Origin: Catajapyx aquilonaris
Taxonomy: Eukaryota
NCBI GenBank assembly: GCA_000934665.2
Contig: JYFJ02003327.1
Span: 1 to 43,852 of the forward strand
Reading direction: 5' to 3'
Length of the DNA: 43,852 nt
Part shown: positions 1 through 12,583 of the stretch, piece by piece
Numbering within the stretch: the first letter of the stretch is position 1
Layout: each line of letters begins with the position of its first letter
Program-made: the position numbers and the translations under genes
The notes under the pieces: generated by a model
What the model saw: only the letters and a program-made list of their open reading frames with translations
The model's database searches: none
Told to the model about the DNA's origin: nothing

Positions 1-215
1 CTTTATAGGCACAAAAGGGAAGCGCTACATTGGGGGACCCAACATGGGCGCCGGCGGCCATGTTGGGCCCACATGTACCTTTTGTACCTATAAAGTTCAG
101 CCTAGTCCGGTAGGGTCGCCACATAATTGCTCCGGGAAATGTCTCATGGCGCTCTCAGGTGAGCACCCGCTGCAAAACTCCTCGGCAGGGGGTGGGTGGG
201 AGTGACCTAACCTGA
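1..215. mobile_element. Partial palindromic MITE, same family as 32515-32803, cut by the window start
   Basis: Shares cttttgtacctataaagttcagccta..ccggtag..gtcgccac..atggcgctctcaggtgagcaccc..ctgcaaaa with 32694-32803; central spacer is in the opposite orientation. Confidence 0.75.
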
Positions 216-228
216 GTCTTCTAAAACC

Positions 229-480
229 CAGGGTCACCTACATGAGTGCCTCCCCCACCTAGACAGGGTATTGTCTCTCCGCCATATTGGAGCTAATTCA
301 CATAGGAGCTACATACTGCTACATACAGTGAAAAAAACAATTGAAAAAAACAAAAACGAATCGCTTGCCAATTTTCTATCCTGCAGCATGGGGCGACCAT
401 ATTGGAGCTAGATTGCATAAGGACTACGTGAAGACAATACCCTGGTTAGGGTGGGGGAGGCAACCATGTAGGGGACCCTG
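229..480. mobile_element. hAT-type MITE
   Basis: About 48-bp imperfect TIRs (cagggtcacctacatg... / ...catgtaggggaccctg); 8-bp TSD ctaaaacc at 221-228 and 481-488. Confidence 0.85.
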
Positions 481-1277
481 CTAAAACCATGGACGGTACT
501 TTGAAGAAAAAGGCGCGCTGGAAGTATAGTAAGGGGCTGAGAGATGGCGCCTCGTCCAAATGCGGCAGATACTACCACCTAGCGGCAATTTGTTGACATA
601 ACATGCGTCATCAATTTTTAGAGAACTGTGTTTTTTTATGAAATATAGCACTTAAATAGTGATAAAGCCTCACTAGCATCTAAATATTTTAATTGGAACG
701 AATACGTTTGCAGTCTGAGCAAAACAGCAAGCATTAATCCAACTTGCATGTTTGATATATTAGATATTAGCTGTAGCAGCTACAATGTCAATAGTAGTTA
801 CACCGTTATTTAATTTTCGATCCATTATTTTGCATATATATGCTGGTTCTGATAAAACTTTAAAATGTGAGATTTTATACGAAGGTGATCGATATGCCGG
901 TATGCCATCATATAATTGTGTTTCTCGCTTCCGTCGTCTCAAAATATATAATAAAGCTACTAAAATTTGTTTTAAAAAAAACAACACAATCTCATTCGTA
1001 CATAAAAATGTGGCTTACCGATCCTTCTAACTAACTAAGTCGGTACATGTACATGTTATCAGCATATAGTACTCATCCCTCTGTTAACCTACTATCCCTG
1101 CATTTCATTAGCTCTTGATTTTCATGTGTTACACCACTAGCTAATAACAAGCACGGCTACTCCAATATAGCTATTATAACAACCCTTGAGTTCCAAGCGG
1201 TTGTGAGTAACCGTTACGCTACTTAGTTAGTGTTCTGGCAGTTCTGTGTTCTGGGCACTGGGCAGGCAGTCAGGCAC

Positions 1278-1369
1278 GCTTCTTCTCCCGGCTTGGATCT
1301 CCCTTCTTTTGTCGTGATCGAATCAGGCGCCGTAGGCACGGACTCAATCCGGCCGTATTACCTTCATCA
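1278..1369 (+). promoter_or_regulatory. NACA: Probable non-coding first exon of NACA with pyrimidine-rich (TCT/5'TOP-like) start region
   Basis: Pyrimidine tracts cttcttctccc and ctcccttcttttg in a CpG-rich patch, followed by donor GTAAGT at 1370-1375; the coding exon has an acceptor 1 nt before ATG, so an upstream exon is required. Exact TSS is inferred. Confidence 0.45.
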
Positions 1370-1448
1370 GTAAGTCATCAGGTAGGCAGGGGCTTACATA
1401 TTCGGGGGAAAGGTTCCGCTGGTTTATGCCACACCCGAGAGAAAGAGC

Positions 1449-1550
1449 TGCCGTAGTGATGACCTGAGAATTTAGCCCTTGAAGTGACACCCGGTCAACG
1501 GGGATACTGATCGACCGCGTGGATGCGGTTATTTTCACGTCTGAGCGGTG
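1449..1550 (+). ncRNA. Candidate intronic C/D-box snoRNA A
   Basis: Box C GTGATGA 1456-1462, box D CTGA 1541-1544, terminal stem tgccgt/gcggtg; shares ttagcccttgaagtga with the candidate at 7695. Confidence 0.65.
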
Positions 1551-2214
1551 CCCTTTCTTTCCAAATGTGTTGAGTCGCGGGTGTGCTGTAGGACCCGGGG
1601 CTGTTGAAAGGGATTAGTGATAAAAGGGTGGTGTTGGGTTAGTGTGGGGACATGTGCATTACATTGCCATATGTTGTGTGACTAGGTAGAAATGCCCTGT
1701 GCTCAGGAATGCCAGGTCGGTGATGTGCATATGTGTAGTAACAGGTTGGTGGGCCAGAGACAACGGAACAGACTTGGCCTTTCCAGGCCCCAAGTGATCA
1801 TGTGGCTTATATTCCGCTGCCAAAACCGAAAGCAGTTATTTGCATTGCCAGTCTATAATCGAGGCATACTGCGAGCGACATTTTCCGAAGCGGCAGAGGA
1901 AGGAATCTTGCTCGCCCGGCTTGCAGTATCCTTATCTTCGATTCCTTCTTCTGCCGATTCGGAAAATGTCGCTAGCCACCAGTCCCTCGAATGCCTCGAT
2001 TAATGTCCAACACTGTACTTACTGTGTTTTAGGTTATGGTGGCAGTATTGCAGCTTGCTTGAATTTTGTGGTTTTACAACAACGACAATTAATTAGGCTC
2101 TCCAACTTTGAAATCAGTCTAGTAGATGTGGTGGTGTTGATCAGTTCACACTGCTTGAGAATTGACTACTTGGTTTTTGCCCAACCTTTTTAATCTGGTC
2201 CTTCCTTTGCCATA

Positions 2215-2303
2215 TTTACATGATGACTGCTGCTACCCAGATTAAAATCCAAATAGTGGGATTTGTTGAAGGTAATGTAATTGGGCTAGTCAGTCTGATT
2301 TGG
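2215..2303 (+). ncRNA. Weak candidate intronic C/D-box snoRNA
   Basis: ATGATGA 2220-2226 and CTGA 2295-2298 at typical spacing; terminal stem is poor. Confidence 0.3.
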
Positions 2304-2562
2304 GTTGTTTTTCATGGGGGTTTGTTGCGGGGATAGACCTCAGGCCACCCCTGGGCAGAATGGAACAGGTCATGAGATTGCATTATTTCAGGAACACCAC
2401 TAAAGGAAGGGTTGGGCCCCCCCCTGTACCAAGTGTGGTTCACTTTTCCCTTGTGGTTCCTTCATAGCTGAGAACAAAAACAAATACAAAAAACTTTGTT
2501 GGGCAGTGTATTATTGCAAAGGGGCAACAAATGGGAGATGTGAGTTTCCAAATTCAGAATAT

Positions 2563-2928
2563 TTATATATATATTTTTTTTACGTTACCTCGTGATATGG
2601 CAGAGCCTTTTTTGGGGGGGAGGGGGGGGGGTGGCACACCACCATCAGTTTTCTCTGTCTATTATACTTTTCTTCATTCACCTGTGCAAGGAGTCAAGGA
2701 TGTAGGGATGCAGTAGGGATTTTTGGGGAGGGAACATAGGTGCAAGTGTAAGATCTATAAAGGGGTCATGTGCTGTTCCCCAGGAGGTTAGGTTGCCAGA
2801 CACCTCCTTGGTGCAGGTCAGAGACCCTCCTGACGCAGGTGAAAGGAAAGTTCCCCAGGCGGGGATCGAACCTGGGGCCTTTCACTCAGCAAGCCGAGAC
2901 GTTACCATCACGGCCACCACACCTCCCC
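2563..2928 (-). mobile_element. tRNA-derived SINE family A
   Basis: Minus-strand head GGGGAGGTGTGGTGGCCGTGATGG...GGTTCGATCCCC (A/B boxes); TSD caaattcagaatat on both sides; homologous to 31383 and 39196. Confidence 0.85.
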
Positions 2929-3612
2929 CAAATTCAGAATATGCAATTAATGACAATGGAAGATGCTGGGAACCTGCCAGAATTTTTATTATTATTTATA
3001 GCAATGGTAGATGTACAATTTTTTGAGGAATATTTTCACTAAAACTTATATTTCATAAAATCCATGCATGGTCAGTACTGGTTGCACAATGTAGCAACAC
3101 CTCTTATGGGGGCTATTAAAATGTGCAATCATGCATATGCACACTCATAATTATTGCTAGTGAAAGCAGGGATTTAATAAATTTGCCTTCATCTGCCATT
3201 GTTACAAAAATTAAAATCAAAATTTTGAAATGCTCTTGGGGCCTTCTGTGGCCATTTTAGCTTGTGTAAAACTGGCCAGCTCGCCATCCGCTGCTTCTTT
3301 CACTACTCTCAGCTCTGTGACCCCATCCATTGCTTTTTCATATTCATATATCCCCCCTGCCACACAGTGCATGCTCCATGAGCTTGGCCTCCAATCAGTG
3401 CAGTTCACTTAGCTGAATGACAACTATTCTGATGGCTTATTGCAAGGCTGCGCTATGGAGACAATAAGGATACAATGGATCTAATAGCTTTTCTCAGCTA
3501 CATGCACCTATTGCAGGCTGGTTTTCAGCCCCATTTACTGACAAGGAAAGGGAGCTTGTGACTTCTCCATCAGTATTTTGTTTGGTCAATTATATGTCAG
3601 CATGTACTATCA

Positions 3613-3719
3613 GTCCAACAAGAATTGTTGCAGCGGCAGCGCGCGAACTACAATCTACGAGCACAGGGACACGAGAGACTGTAGTTCGTGCGCTGCCGCT
3701 GCGACAATTCTTGTTGGAC
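3613..3719. mobile_element. Small palindromic MITE
   Basis: Inverted arms gtccaacaagaattgttgcagcggcagcgcgcgaactaca / tgtagttcgtgcgctgccgctgcgacaattcttgttggac. Confidence 0.7.
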
Positions 3720-4088
3720 AGCAGGTACCATTTTTTGCCCCCATCAGCTGCCATCCAAGTAGGGAAGTCCCGCATGAAATTTGCGTGTATTATTTCCAGC
3801 AAAAAAGAAAAAGAGTATCAGCCCATGGCCATGTACTTCAAGCATCTGTTATTTTGTTGAAAACTGGTAGTAAACTGGGGTTGAATGATTCTTAGATCTG
3901 GCTATCTAATAAACCAAAGGAGAATGCACTTGATTATGGCTTACTTGTTATTTACAATCCACTCCTTGTCCATCAGTTCATTTTCTCCATTTTGGTTCGT
4001 TTTTAGCCATTCTGTAGAATGTAGATAGTGCAAAAATGCCCTAATGTTCAGTGACTTGTTCCAGTGGAAAAAAATTGCATGCACCATT

Positions 4089-4159
4089 GCTCCTATAGCT
4101 CAGTGGTAGAGCAGCACTTGTATAAAGTGTGGTCCTGGGTTCGATTCCTAGTGGGAGCT
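4089..4159 (+). tRNA. tRNA-like cloverleaf with non-canonical anticodon loop (probable pseudo-tRNA, Thr-like)
   Basis: GCTCCTA-TA-GCTC-AGTGGTA-GAGC-A-GCACT-TGTATAA-AGTGT-GGTC-CTGGG-TTCGATT-CCTAG-TGGGAGC-T; all four stems pair and A/B boxes are intact, but the loop lacks U33. Confidence 0.6.
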
Positions 4160-4292
4160 TTGCTTACTGTATGTGCAATGGCCACCCTGGAGAAAGACAC
4201 TTGCATTACTTGGCATACACTTGGCTACACTTGGCATTTTTGAAGAGCAGGAACAGTACTTATGTTTCATACTGCTTTTATGTACATTCAGC

Positions 4293-4589
4293 ATGCCCGA
4301 ATTGACGGAACTGCCCAAGAAGGGGCAAACCAGTGACGAGAAGTGTGCAGGGATGTCTGGAGCTGGAGCTGCCGCTGCAGCTTCTGGATCAGGCACTGAG
4401 TCTGATTCAGAGGAGTCAATCCCTGAGCTCGAGGATGTGTCCCCAGGAGCAGGGGACGGTGCTGGGGCACAGGGTCAGAGCTACGCTGCTGCTGCTGCTG
4501 GTTTGGGGGAAGAGATGGTGTCCAAGGCTAAGCAAAGTCGTGGTGAGAAGAAGGCCCGTAAGATCATGTCCAAGCTGGGCTTGAAACAG
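4293..4589 (+). CDS. NACA: NAC alpha, coding exon 1 (MPELTE...[21 protein letters not shown])
   Basis: Acceptor AG 4290-4291, ATG 4293, donor GTAGG 4590; NACA motifs [16 protein letters not shown] and [11 protein letters not shown]. Confidence 0.96.
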
Positions 4590-5081
4590 GTAGGCTAAAT
4601 TGGCATTTGACTGGTCAACAGCTATTGGTTTTGTGCAGCTTGTATGCTGTGTACTTTAAGGGTACAGGGGAAGGATGGGCGTATGTTCTTGAGAACTAAT
4701 CATGCCAAGAGTGCTTTTAAAAATCAACCTATGCATGCTCCATTGAATATAGTTGAATTTCCCACCCCTCAATCTGGTCCTCCCTGTCGATTTCATCCAG
4801 GTCTGCTCCACATGAAAGTTCACAAACTGCATTCAAGAATTTTAAGGGTTGCAGAAACCTTGTGAGAGATATGATGTGCTGCTTAAGCGACTACCATTCA
4901 AGTATTTGCAGGAACTAATTTATAAAACTATAATGTATAGATAATGTTACAAAATAGAAAGCACCTTCAAGGCATGGTTCTGCAATGCCAGCAACGATAT
5001 GTTTTGTCGATCTCGGACATCCTGGATGTTTCTCCTGGCATGCATGTGCATGCCTGCGTCTTCCTTACACAGTAGCCAGTA

Positions 5082-5249
5082 CTGCCGTCAGATGTAAGAA
5101 GACCGTAACTCAAAAACTAGTATGGGTGCAAGTCGCATGCATGTCCTCCACTAATCCCCTCTGAGTCACGGGGATTAGTGCAGCGGATATGCATGCGACT
5201 TTCACCCTTACTAGTTTTTGAGTTACGGTCTGCTTACATCTGACGGCAG
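5082..5249. mobile_element. Palindromic MITE
   Basis: About 60-bp arms ctgccgtcagatgtaag..accgtaactcaaaaactagta / tactagtttttgagttacggtc..cttacatctgacggcag. Confidence 0.75.
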
Positions 5250-5348
5250 AGTAGGTGATTAATTCTGTTGGAGTTGGAATCCGGTCACTGCTGTCATTGT
5301 TTAACTTCATCACTGACATCTGACACAAGTCAGTATTGTATTGTGCTA

Positions 5349-7353
5349 CTGTACTTGCCCAACACCAATGAAGTTCAATGATAATCACCTGCATGTCGAT
5401 ATTACAAATACGAATTACTAGAGAATCAATCGTGTTTTAATCACACAACTTATATGCCAATGTTGAGGCGAGATATCAATGCATTTGTCAGTGGAACAAG
5501 ATGAATAGGACTGTATTTATTTAGCACGCCGGGGGCAATGGAGTTCGCCCAGAGCGCTACATGCGCCACAAAGTTCGCCTAGAAGCAGGTGACATCGCCA
5601 TGGGCAGCAATGACGGCCTCCACACAACACGACGTGTTGAATGAGCTCTGGCACTCGGCTGGAGTGATGGTGTCCCGAACCTCCCGTAGTTTGGCCCTCG
5701 AGGGATGTCTTGGTGCAAGGATGTTTCCTCTGAAGTGCCACCTTCATGATTTTCCAGTCTGTCTCAATCGGATTGAGGTCCAGGCTGCGTAAAATGTCAA
5801 TCCCCTTGTCTGCCAGCCACTTGCTTCCGCTGTTTTGGCAAGATGCAAAGCCCTGTTGAATTATTACGTTGAAATTCGGATGTGAGGTGGCTATTGAGGG
5901 CACACACAGTAGATGGTCTCTCAAAATCTCCTGAAACATGGCTGTATCGATGGTGCCACTGAGCTGTGAAAGTTGCCAAGGCCGACACTACCCATGCATC
6001 CCCACACCATAATGCTGTGTGCATGTTTGACAGTTCTAGTGAGACATTGGGATGGTATGCCTCTTCCTTTGTGTGCAGTACTCAATTATGGATGTCCATG
6101 TACTGACTAATTCATCACTAAACTTGACTAATTCCACATCTGATGTGCCCAATGCTTCCATTCCTTCTCCCAAGCAAGTCTTTTTCCTGTTCCAGTGCCA
6201 TCAAGAGTGGTTTCTTCTGGCCCTATTGTCAAGAGGGTAGGTCCTGATTTCATGAATTCCCCGTTAGTCTTTGAGAAGTTACGCATAAAAGTTCATCTTC
6301 ATGTCATGGATGCAGAGTTGACAGGTTGTTGTGGGGACCACCTTTTGGGTCACCTCTGGCCGTTTTGAAACTGATTGTCGCTGCTCCCTTCACCGATTTT
6401 GCGACACATATTTTTCAACTCGCAGTTTTTCCTTGCTGCTGTTGCCTGGTGACATCCATAATAAGGTTTTTCTGGATGGTTCTTGTAGTTTTGTTACTTC
6501 ATGCGATGCCCCTTACCATGGAGCATGGCACATGCCCTTCTTCTCCAACCACATACGCAGACTTTCCTTCTTCAGAGCTCTTCCATATACAGTGGAGCAT
6601 CGATTATCTGAATACCGATCAACCGAAGCATAATTTAACCGAAAGCGGTCGAGTCGCCAAATTCAAATTTGCGCACGAGATTTAACAGCAAAACAAAACG
6701 AGTGTCAGCTCCGAAGCAAAAGAAAATACATGTATTGGATTTCTTTTCCTAAACTGTAGGATGTAGTGTACTGTATATTACTTTATGTAAGGTATGAGTA
6801 TTTTTAAGACGTGACTGTGATACAAAATATACAGTTTGTGTTTAATATTACTGTTTCTTTGTTTCATATTGCTCCTATGACACTGGTACTATTTTTTTCT
6901 GTAAAAGATCGGTCATCCGAAAAATCAGTTATGCTCCACTGTATATCACCTGGCATACCTCTAGAGGAAGGGGCTTACCACCTCCCGTGATTGTTATTAT
7001 CAGAACAGAGTGCAATGAGTAATGGCATTGTGGTGCAAGGCAAGAGACGTGCACTTTTTTCCCATCTGGCACAACTGCATCAGTCTGTATTTAACAGTGG
7101 GCGAACTTTCTGACGCATCTAGAGCTCTGGGCGAACTCCATTGCCCCCGGAGCGCTAAATAAATACCGTCCTATTCTTGTTTCACTGACAAATACATTGA
7201 TATCTGGCCCCAACATTGCTCTTCCATGTGGCTCATTACCATATGAGATGTGCAATTAAAACATGATTCATTCTCAAGTAATCCGTATTTGTAATATAGA
7301 CATGTAGGTGATTTTCATGCTAGGCGAACTTCATTGGTGTTGGGCAAGTATTG
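5349..7353 (-). mobile_element. Degenerate Tc1-like transposon
   Basis: About 230-bp TIRs (5349-5580, 7099-7353) flanked by TA; minus-strand transposase remnants including SLDLNPIETDW (Tc1 SPDLNPIENLW motif) in ORF 5517-5939; frameshifted. Confidence 0.88.
6590..6941. mobile_element. Tc1/mariner (Tigger-like) MITE nested in the Tc1 relic
   Basis: TIR cagtggagcat / atgctccactg with TA on both sides. Confidence 0.75.
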
Positions 7354-7694
7354 TAATCCTACGAGACAGTACTGTAATGTCAGATGTGCCCCTGCCTTGA
7401 TGTATGGGATTTTGCGTCGCAAGTCGAGATGGTGGTGTTCCTATTGTACGTTTCCATCCGATCATTTTTATTTAATTTGCGAAGTGGCCATTGCTGCAGG
7501 CCGATCAATTTAAATAAAGCCATTGATTTATTGATTGCGTTCATTTGCTGTACCTACTGACCAATGAGTTGATATACAGAACCCAACCCAGTGACCTGGA
7601 TGACTTAGTCACTAAATGGCATGGATTCTGGAATTACACTGTGAATGTGACATGGCCTTGGCAATGATATTTTTAACTTTGGGACAGCATTTTA

Positions 7695-7777
7695 AAACCA
7701 CTATGATGACTAAATTAGCCCTTGAAGTGATGGATAGTGATCTGCCATTCACATGGCAATACATGTCTGAGTGGTTT
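7695..7777 (+). ncRNA. Candidate intronic C/D-box snoRNA B
   Basis: 7-bp terminal stem aaaccac/gtggttt, box C ATGATGA 7703-7709, box D CTGA 7767-7770; shares a 16-mer with snoRNA A. Confidence 0.75.
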
Positions 7778-8254
7778 GATCTGGTCAAATTTACTGCTCT
7801 GAAATGAACAGCAGCAGTGAATGTTCTTATTAGATGTATACATATTTTCAGTATAATTATATTGTTAGAAGTTGAGTCAATCATTGCTATTTGTGTGGGT
7901 TAGGTTCCTCGAGAAAACTGAATATGGAACCCCCCTCAGCGCAACTCAACTTTTTTCATATGCAAAATAGTCACATATGTACGTTGTCTCCACACCTTCA
8001 CACATGTACGAAACGAGTCTCTCTGTGTACTGCAATGAAATTTGGACTATGCCCTTTGAACGTATAGAGAAAATTTTCTCCTACGATAATTTTTTTTCCA
8101 TGACTGTCATGTTGACATTTTCGTGGAATTGCTCCAAGACATAAGCAACAAGAGACATGAGAACAAGGATGGGCCCCATCTACAATACTGCACAATATGC
8201 TTATAGAAATTCTTGGCATACTGTACATACTTGTACCTGTGGATACCTATGAGG

Positions 8255-8344
8255 TGCCCATGATGATAAAAATTTCTTACGCATTATCATCCATGAACCA
8301 GACACATGAATAGCAAGCGGTGACTTGTCAGACTTCTGATCGTA
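8255..8344 (+). ncRNA. Candidate intronic C/D-box snoRNA C
   Basis: ATGATGA 8260-8266, CTGA 8336-8339, about 64 nt upstream of the 3' splice site; external stem acttgtacctgt / gcaggtgtaagt (12 bp with G-U pairs). Confidence 0.55.
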
Positions 8345-8400
8345 TGTTGTTGTTGCAGGTGTAAGTCTTACTTATTTTTCATCGAAGTACTTCTTCTTGA

Positions 8401-8547
<147 letters not shown>

Positions 8548-8585
8548 TGAAATCATTTTTGTTAAACATTCTTGTTTTCCTATAG

Positions 8586-8684
8586 ATTGAGGACTTGAGC
8601 CAGCAAGCTCAAATGGCCGCTGCTGAGAAGTTCAAGGCACCTGAGAGCAACCCAGCTGCAGAACCTGGTGGAGTAGGTACTGCG
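8586..8684 (+). CDS. NACA: NAC alpha, coding exon 3 (IEDLSQQAQMAAAEKFKAPE...GTA)
   Basis: tag|ATT...GCG|gtatgt, phase 0; IEDLSQQAQ motif. Confidence 0.94.
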
Positions 8685-9292
8685 GTATGTATTGCAACTT
8701 GTGTGTAGAATTTTCATTCCTTTTGGGGTAGGGTTGATTAGTAAATGATAGCTAAGCCCTGGTACTTTTAATCCTCTTGATGCAAGTTTATTTATTTATA
8801 GTTCCTAATGTTATTACAATATGTGAGTAACTTATTGCCTCAGTTTGGCAACCCCAAATTTCAGAACGAGAGAAAACTTGGCACATAAAAGTGTTTATGA
8901 CCTTATCACCAAAGAACCAATAAGGACGGGAATACCCAATAATACAATTGAATTTATTGCAACATCATCTTAATCTGTATTTTTGTTTGTGAGTTTGTTC
9001 GCTATAGAAATCCAGGGGAATGCACTACACTGCTGTGAACTTGATTTGGTGAAGTACTGCATTGCATAGTGTAATATTTAAATTTATATTCACTGTCTGT
9101 CTGAGATGGGCAGGGGTGGGGGGTGGGACAGGTTGTCTAGAGTTTTATTTTCACAAGTTTTAATTTAGTTCATATGTTGGGTTAGCTTGCATCTCCCTTC
9201 ATCACTGACTACCCCTCATAGGGAAATGTCATGGTGATGATAGCTAGTTTTCATTCTTAATTTCTAGTTGTTAACCTGAAATATGTTTTTAG

Positions 9293-9550
<258 letters not shown>

Positions 9551-9573
9551 TGACATGGCAGTGAGCCAGTGTA

Positions 9574-9881
9574 AGGCCTGTGTATGCCCTTTGCAATTTG
9601 AGCATTGGTTGTGCGACCAACTTTTCTGTTAGCACACAAGAATTGCACCATGTATACACCATTCCAACTAAAATCATGGAACAAGGGTGATATCGCACAG
9701 TCAAGTAGCAGGGGAAAGCATAGGAGCAAGAGCCTGATTGCAGCCAACCAAAACCATCTCAAACGGAAATGGTCACATGCCTGCAGTTGTTTCGGACCAG
9801 ACCTGTGGCAACCCCATTTTGTCAGTCAGTAAGCATCTGGTTGTGCTAACAAGGCTCAAATTGCAAGGGTATAAATAGGCC
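9574..9881. mobile_element. Old MITE present in both NACA copies (counterpart 27553-28108)
   Basis: Arms aggcctgtgtatgccctttgcaatttgagc / gctcaaattgcaagggtataaataggcct. Confidence 0.6.
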
Positions 9882-11724
9882 TTTAGTGACTTTGACAACT
9901 TTGATCATAAAACTGTTGTATATGTTACCAACAATGTGTGAAAAGCAGGCATTCTATAGAATTCCATTATTAGGCAGAGTATGAAATGGTTGTGTTGTTT
10001 TAGATATGTTGTCATACTTTGTCTTGACACTGTATGGAATGCCTCGGCATTATGTAGAATGACTAGTACTATTTAGGCAATGTATGAAATGAGCGCCAGT
10101 GTCTGGCGGGACTGGAGAATCTACAGCTTTTAGTTGCTGGTCAATTAGCTGCTGCCTGTTGGTTTCTGATCAAATTGGCTGTGGCCACAGTTTCTAGATC
10201 AAATGGCTATGGACAATCGGTTTTTGCAGGTTTTCGCTGACGAGTAACAGGGTTTTACTGTTTGTAACACCGACAATGTCGCCAAGTGAAATTGGCTGGT
10301 GTTGGGACCGTGGAGGAATAATAGTATGGAGTGGCCTTGCCTATCCCTTTAGCATAGCGGGGCCCCGTGCCATTTTGGCACCTCGGTGAGCGTAGGGCGG
10401 CCATGTTGAAGTTGGAATGAAATCAATGAGCGGCTACGGACTTAGCCACCAAAAACTCCTTATTACCAGTAAAAGAATATCAACATTGCACTGTCATCAG
10501 TCGTACCTCTCAGACTATGTCCTCATACCTTGCAGCATACAATAATGGATCCTAATTGGATATCCAATATATCCATATTGGTATATCCAATATGGATACA
10601 ATAATGTTTATCCTGATTATTGAGCATTATTCCCAACCTTAATTCGACAAAACCCTATGGACAACCTTTTCTGGACCTCTGGTGACTCGTATGAACCATC
10701 CTGATTTTTAAATACAAATTTTAATGACCAAAATGTTCAACCCTGTGCAATGCTTACGTAGATTTGATGTGAATTTTCCCCCTAAAATTTTCTTACTTAG
10801 CTTTGTTTTTCTCTCCTCTTTTTTATTTTATTTTGATTCCCTTTTCCCGGACTTCCTCGTGACCCCTAAAAACATGCTGGCGACCCAGGGGTTGGGAACA
10901 GAATAAACATTTCCTCCATATAGAGTCGTACCATTCTTTATGAACAGTACTGTACCTTTGTCGCCCCTCTTCCATCGACTTGTGCATCCAAAGGCTGCAC
11001 AACTTAGCACAATGACGGTAGATCTTTGGGTAGCCGATGTCACGCTCAATGGGCACTAGAAACTTGGAGGAAGTACTCCCAGACTAGATCTCTTAATTTG
11101 CTGCCAACCAAGCCTGGACCAAGGCTTTCACATGTAGGCTTTGGTCACTTGGGCTCTTGGAGCTTGGGCTGGCAACTGCCACTGCCAACCATCTTCCAAC
11201 TCCAAGATGGCCGCCGCGCACAAGAATCGTCACGCGCCAAGCAGGGTCAGGGCCACTCCATGCTATTATTCCTCCAAGGTTGGGACGGGCATGTCTTGCG
11301 TGTATTTGGAACCCCCCTTGCAAGGGAGATGCACCTTACGTGCATCACCAAATTGTTTGAATTGACAAATTTATCGAATGTGAGAGCACATCATCATCAT
11401 CTTCACGGCGTTTCCGAACAGATATGGGGTTACCAGCGAATATTAAGGAGGAGGCCCTTAATATCCTCGCATGACCAAATACATATACAAAAAAATATCT
11501 GAAGCCTGGTCAGGTACTCGCAGATAATGGGGGGGAGGGGGGCTACAACAGATTGCCGACAGGACAGGCTATGCCATGGAATGTGAGAGCACAATAAATG
11601 ATAAATCTGCATGAGATTGGCGAAGCCACAATAATGTTCATTGGCCTGCGGCAACACTTGATGAAGAGTGAGTGTTGCAGATACAACCCATAATAAGTGC
11701 ACAGCTTGCTACACTCACAATTAA

Positions 11725-12167
11725 AGGGACACACTACTCAAAATGCAAGTTGGGCTCTAAAAATCGGGCAAAAAAAAGGGTATAAACAGTTTTCTGAGAG
11801 AGAAACGGTAAGGCCAGTGCGAGCTATCAAAATTCGGCAATTCGTATCTGCCGCAAAACAGCAGCACCTCCACCGGGACTGGGCAGAAATTGGCCTCAGG
11901 TTGCACCATCTTTGGTGCATGCCACAGCTTCATCCGGCCACGTCCCGACCCGACTTACAACCCTAAACCAGTTTCGCCTATACCCAGGCGGCAGCGGAGG
12001 TCTGGACTGGAGGGGGACCTCACTAGCAGACGACGCAAATTCTGAGGCCTAAAACACCCCGTCCTGGCTTTTTCGTTTCGTGTAGAACAAAAACTATTGC
12101 ACCTTCGGAATCAGGATTTTTTGCCAGATTTTTAGAGTCCAACTTGCATTTTGAGTGGAGTGTCCCT
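11725..12167. mobile_element. Kolobok-like non-autonomous element
   Basis: TTAA TSD; TIR agggacac..actcaaaatgcaagttgg.ctctaaaaatc and its reverse complement. Confidence 0.8.
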
Positions 12168-12583
12168 TTAACTACAATCATTGGGCAATGTGACGTTCAT
12201 TGCTTGGCAGGGCCACATGACAGACAGTGCTGATGTGGTTACCCCAAAGCCATACAGATGCCACCAACGCAATGGGCACACAACACAGTCACCACAGCAA
12301 ATTGAAGACACAAGTCATATATTTGTAATTGGTTTCAATCTTTTTCCATTAACAAACACCAAGATGTATTGATGTACTCTGATTTGCATTCTGCAAAAAG
12401 CTTATGTCCATAGCTATTTGATCTGGCAACTGTGACTGCATCCAATTTAATCAGCAACCAAAAGGCAGCAGCCAATTTGACTGCTGCGATTTGACCGGCA
12501 GACAGTTTTCATGCATCACAACCGCCGAATGAGGACCCAAACGTCACTGGAAGGAGTATTCTTACTCTGCCAGTTTGCCTTAA

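Noticed and set aside
4173..4292. N-terminal extensions in the ORF track for NACA (4173) and the paralog (24497)
   Set aside because: Intronic: a polypyrimidine tract and AG lie directly before ATG 4293/24629, and the extensions differ between copies.
9234..9279. GTGATGA...CTGA pair before the UBA exon
   Set aside because: Only about 46 nt and overlaps the branch point and acceptor region.
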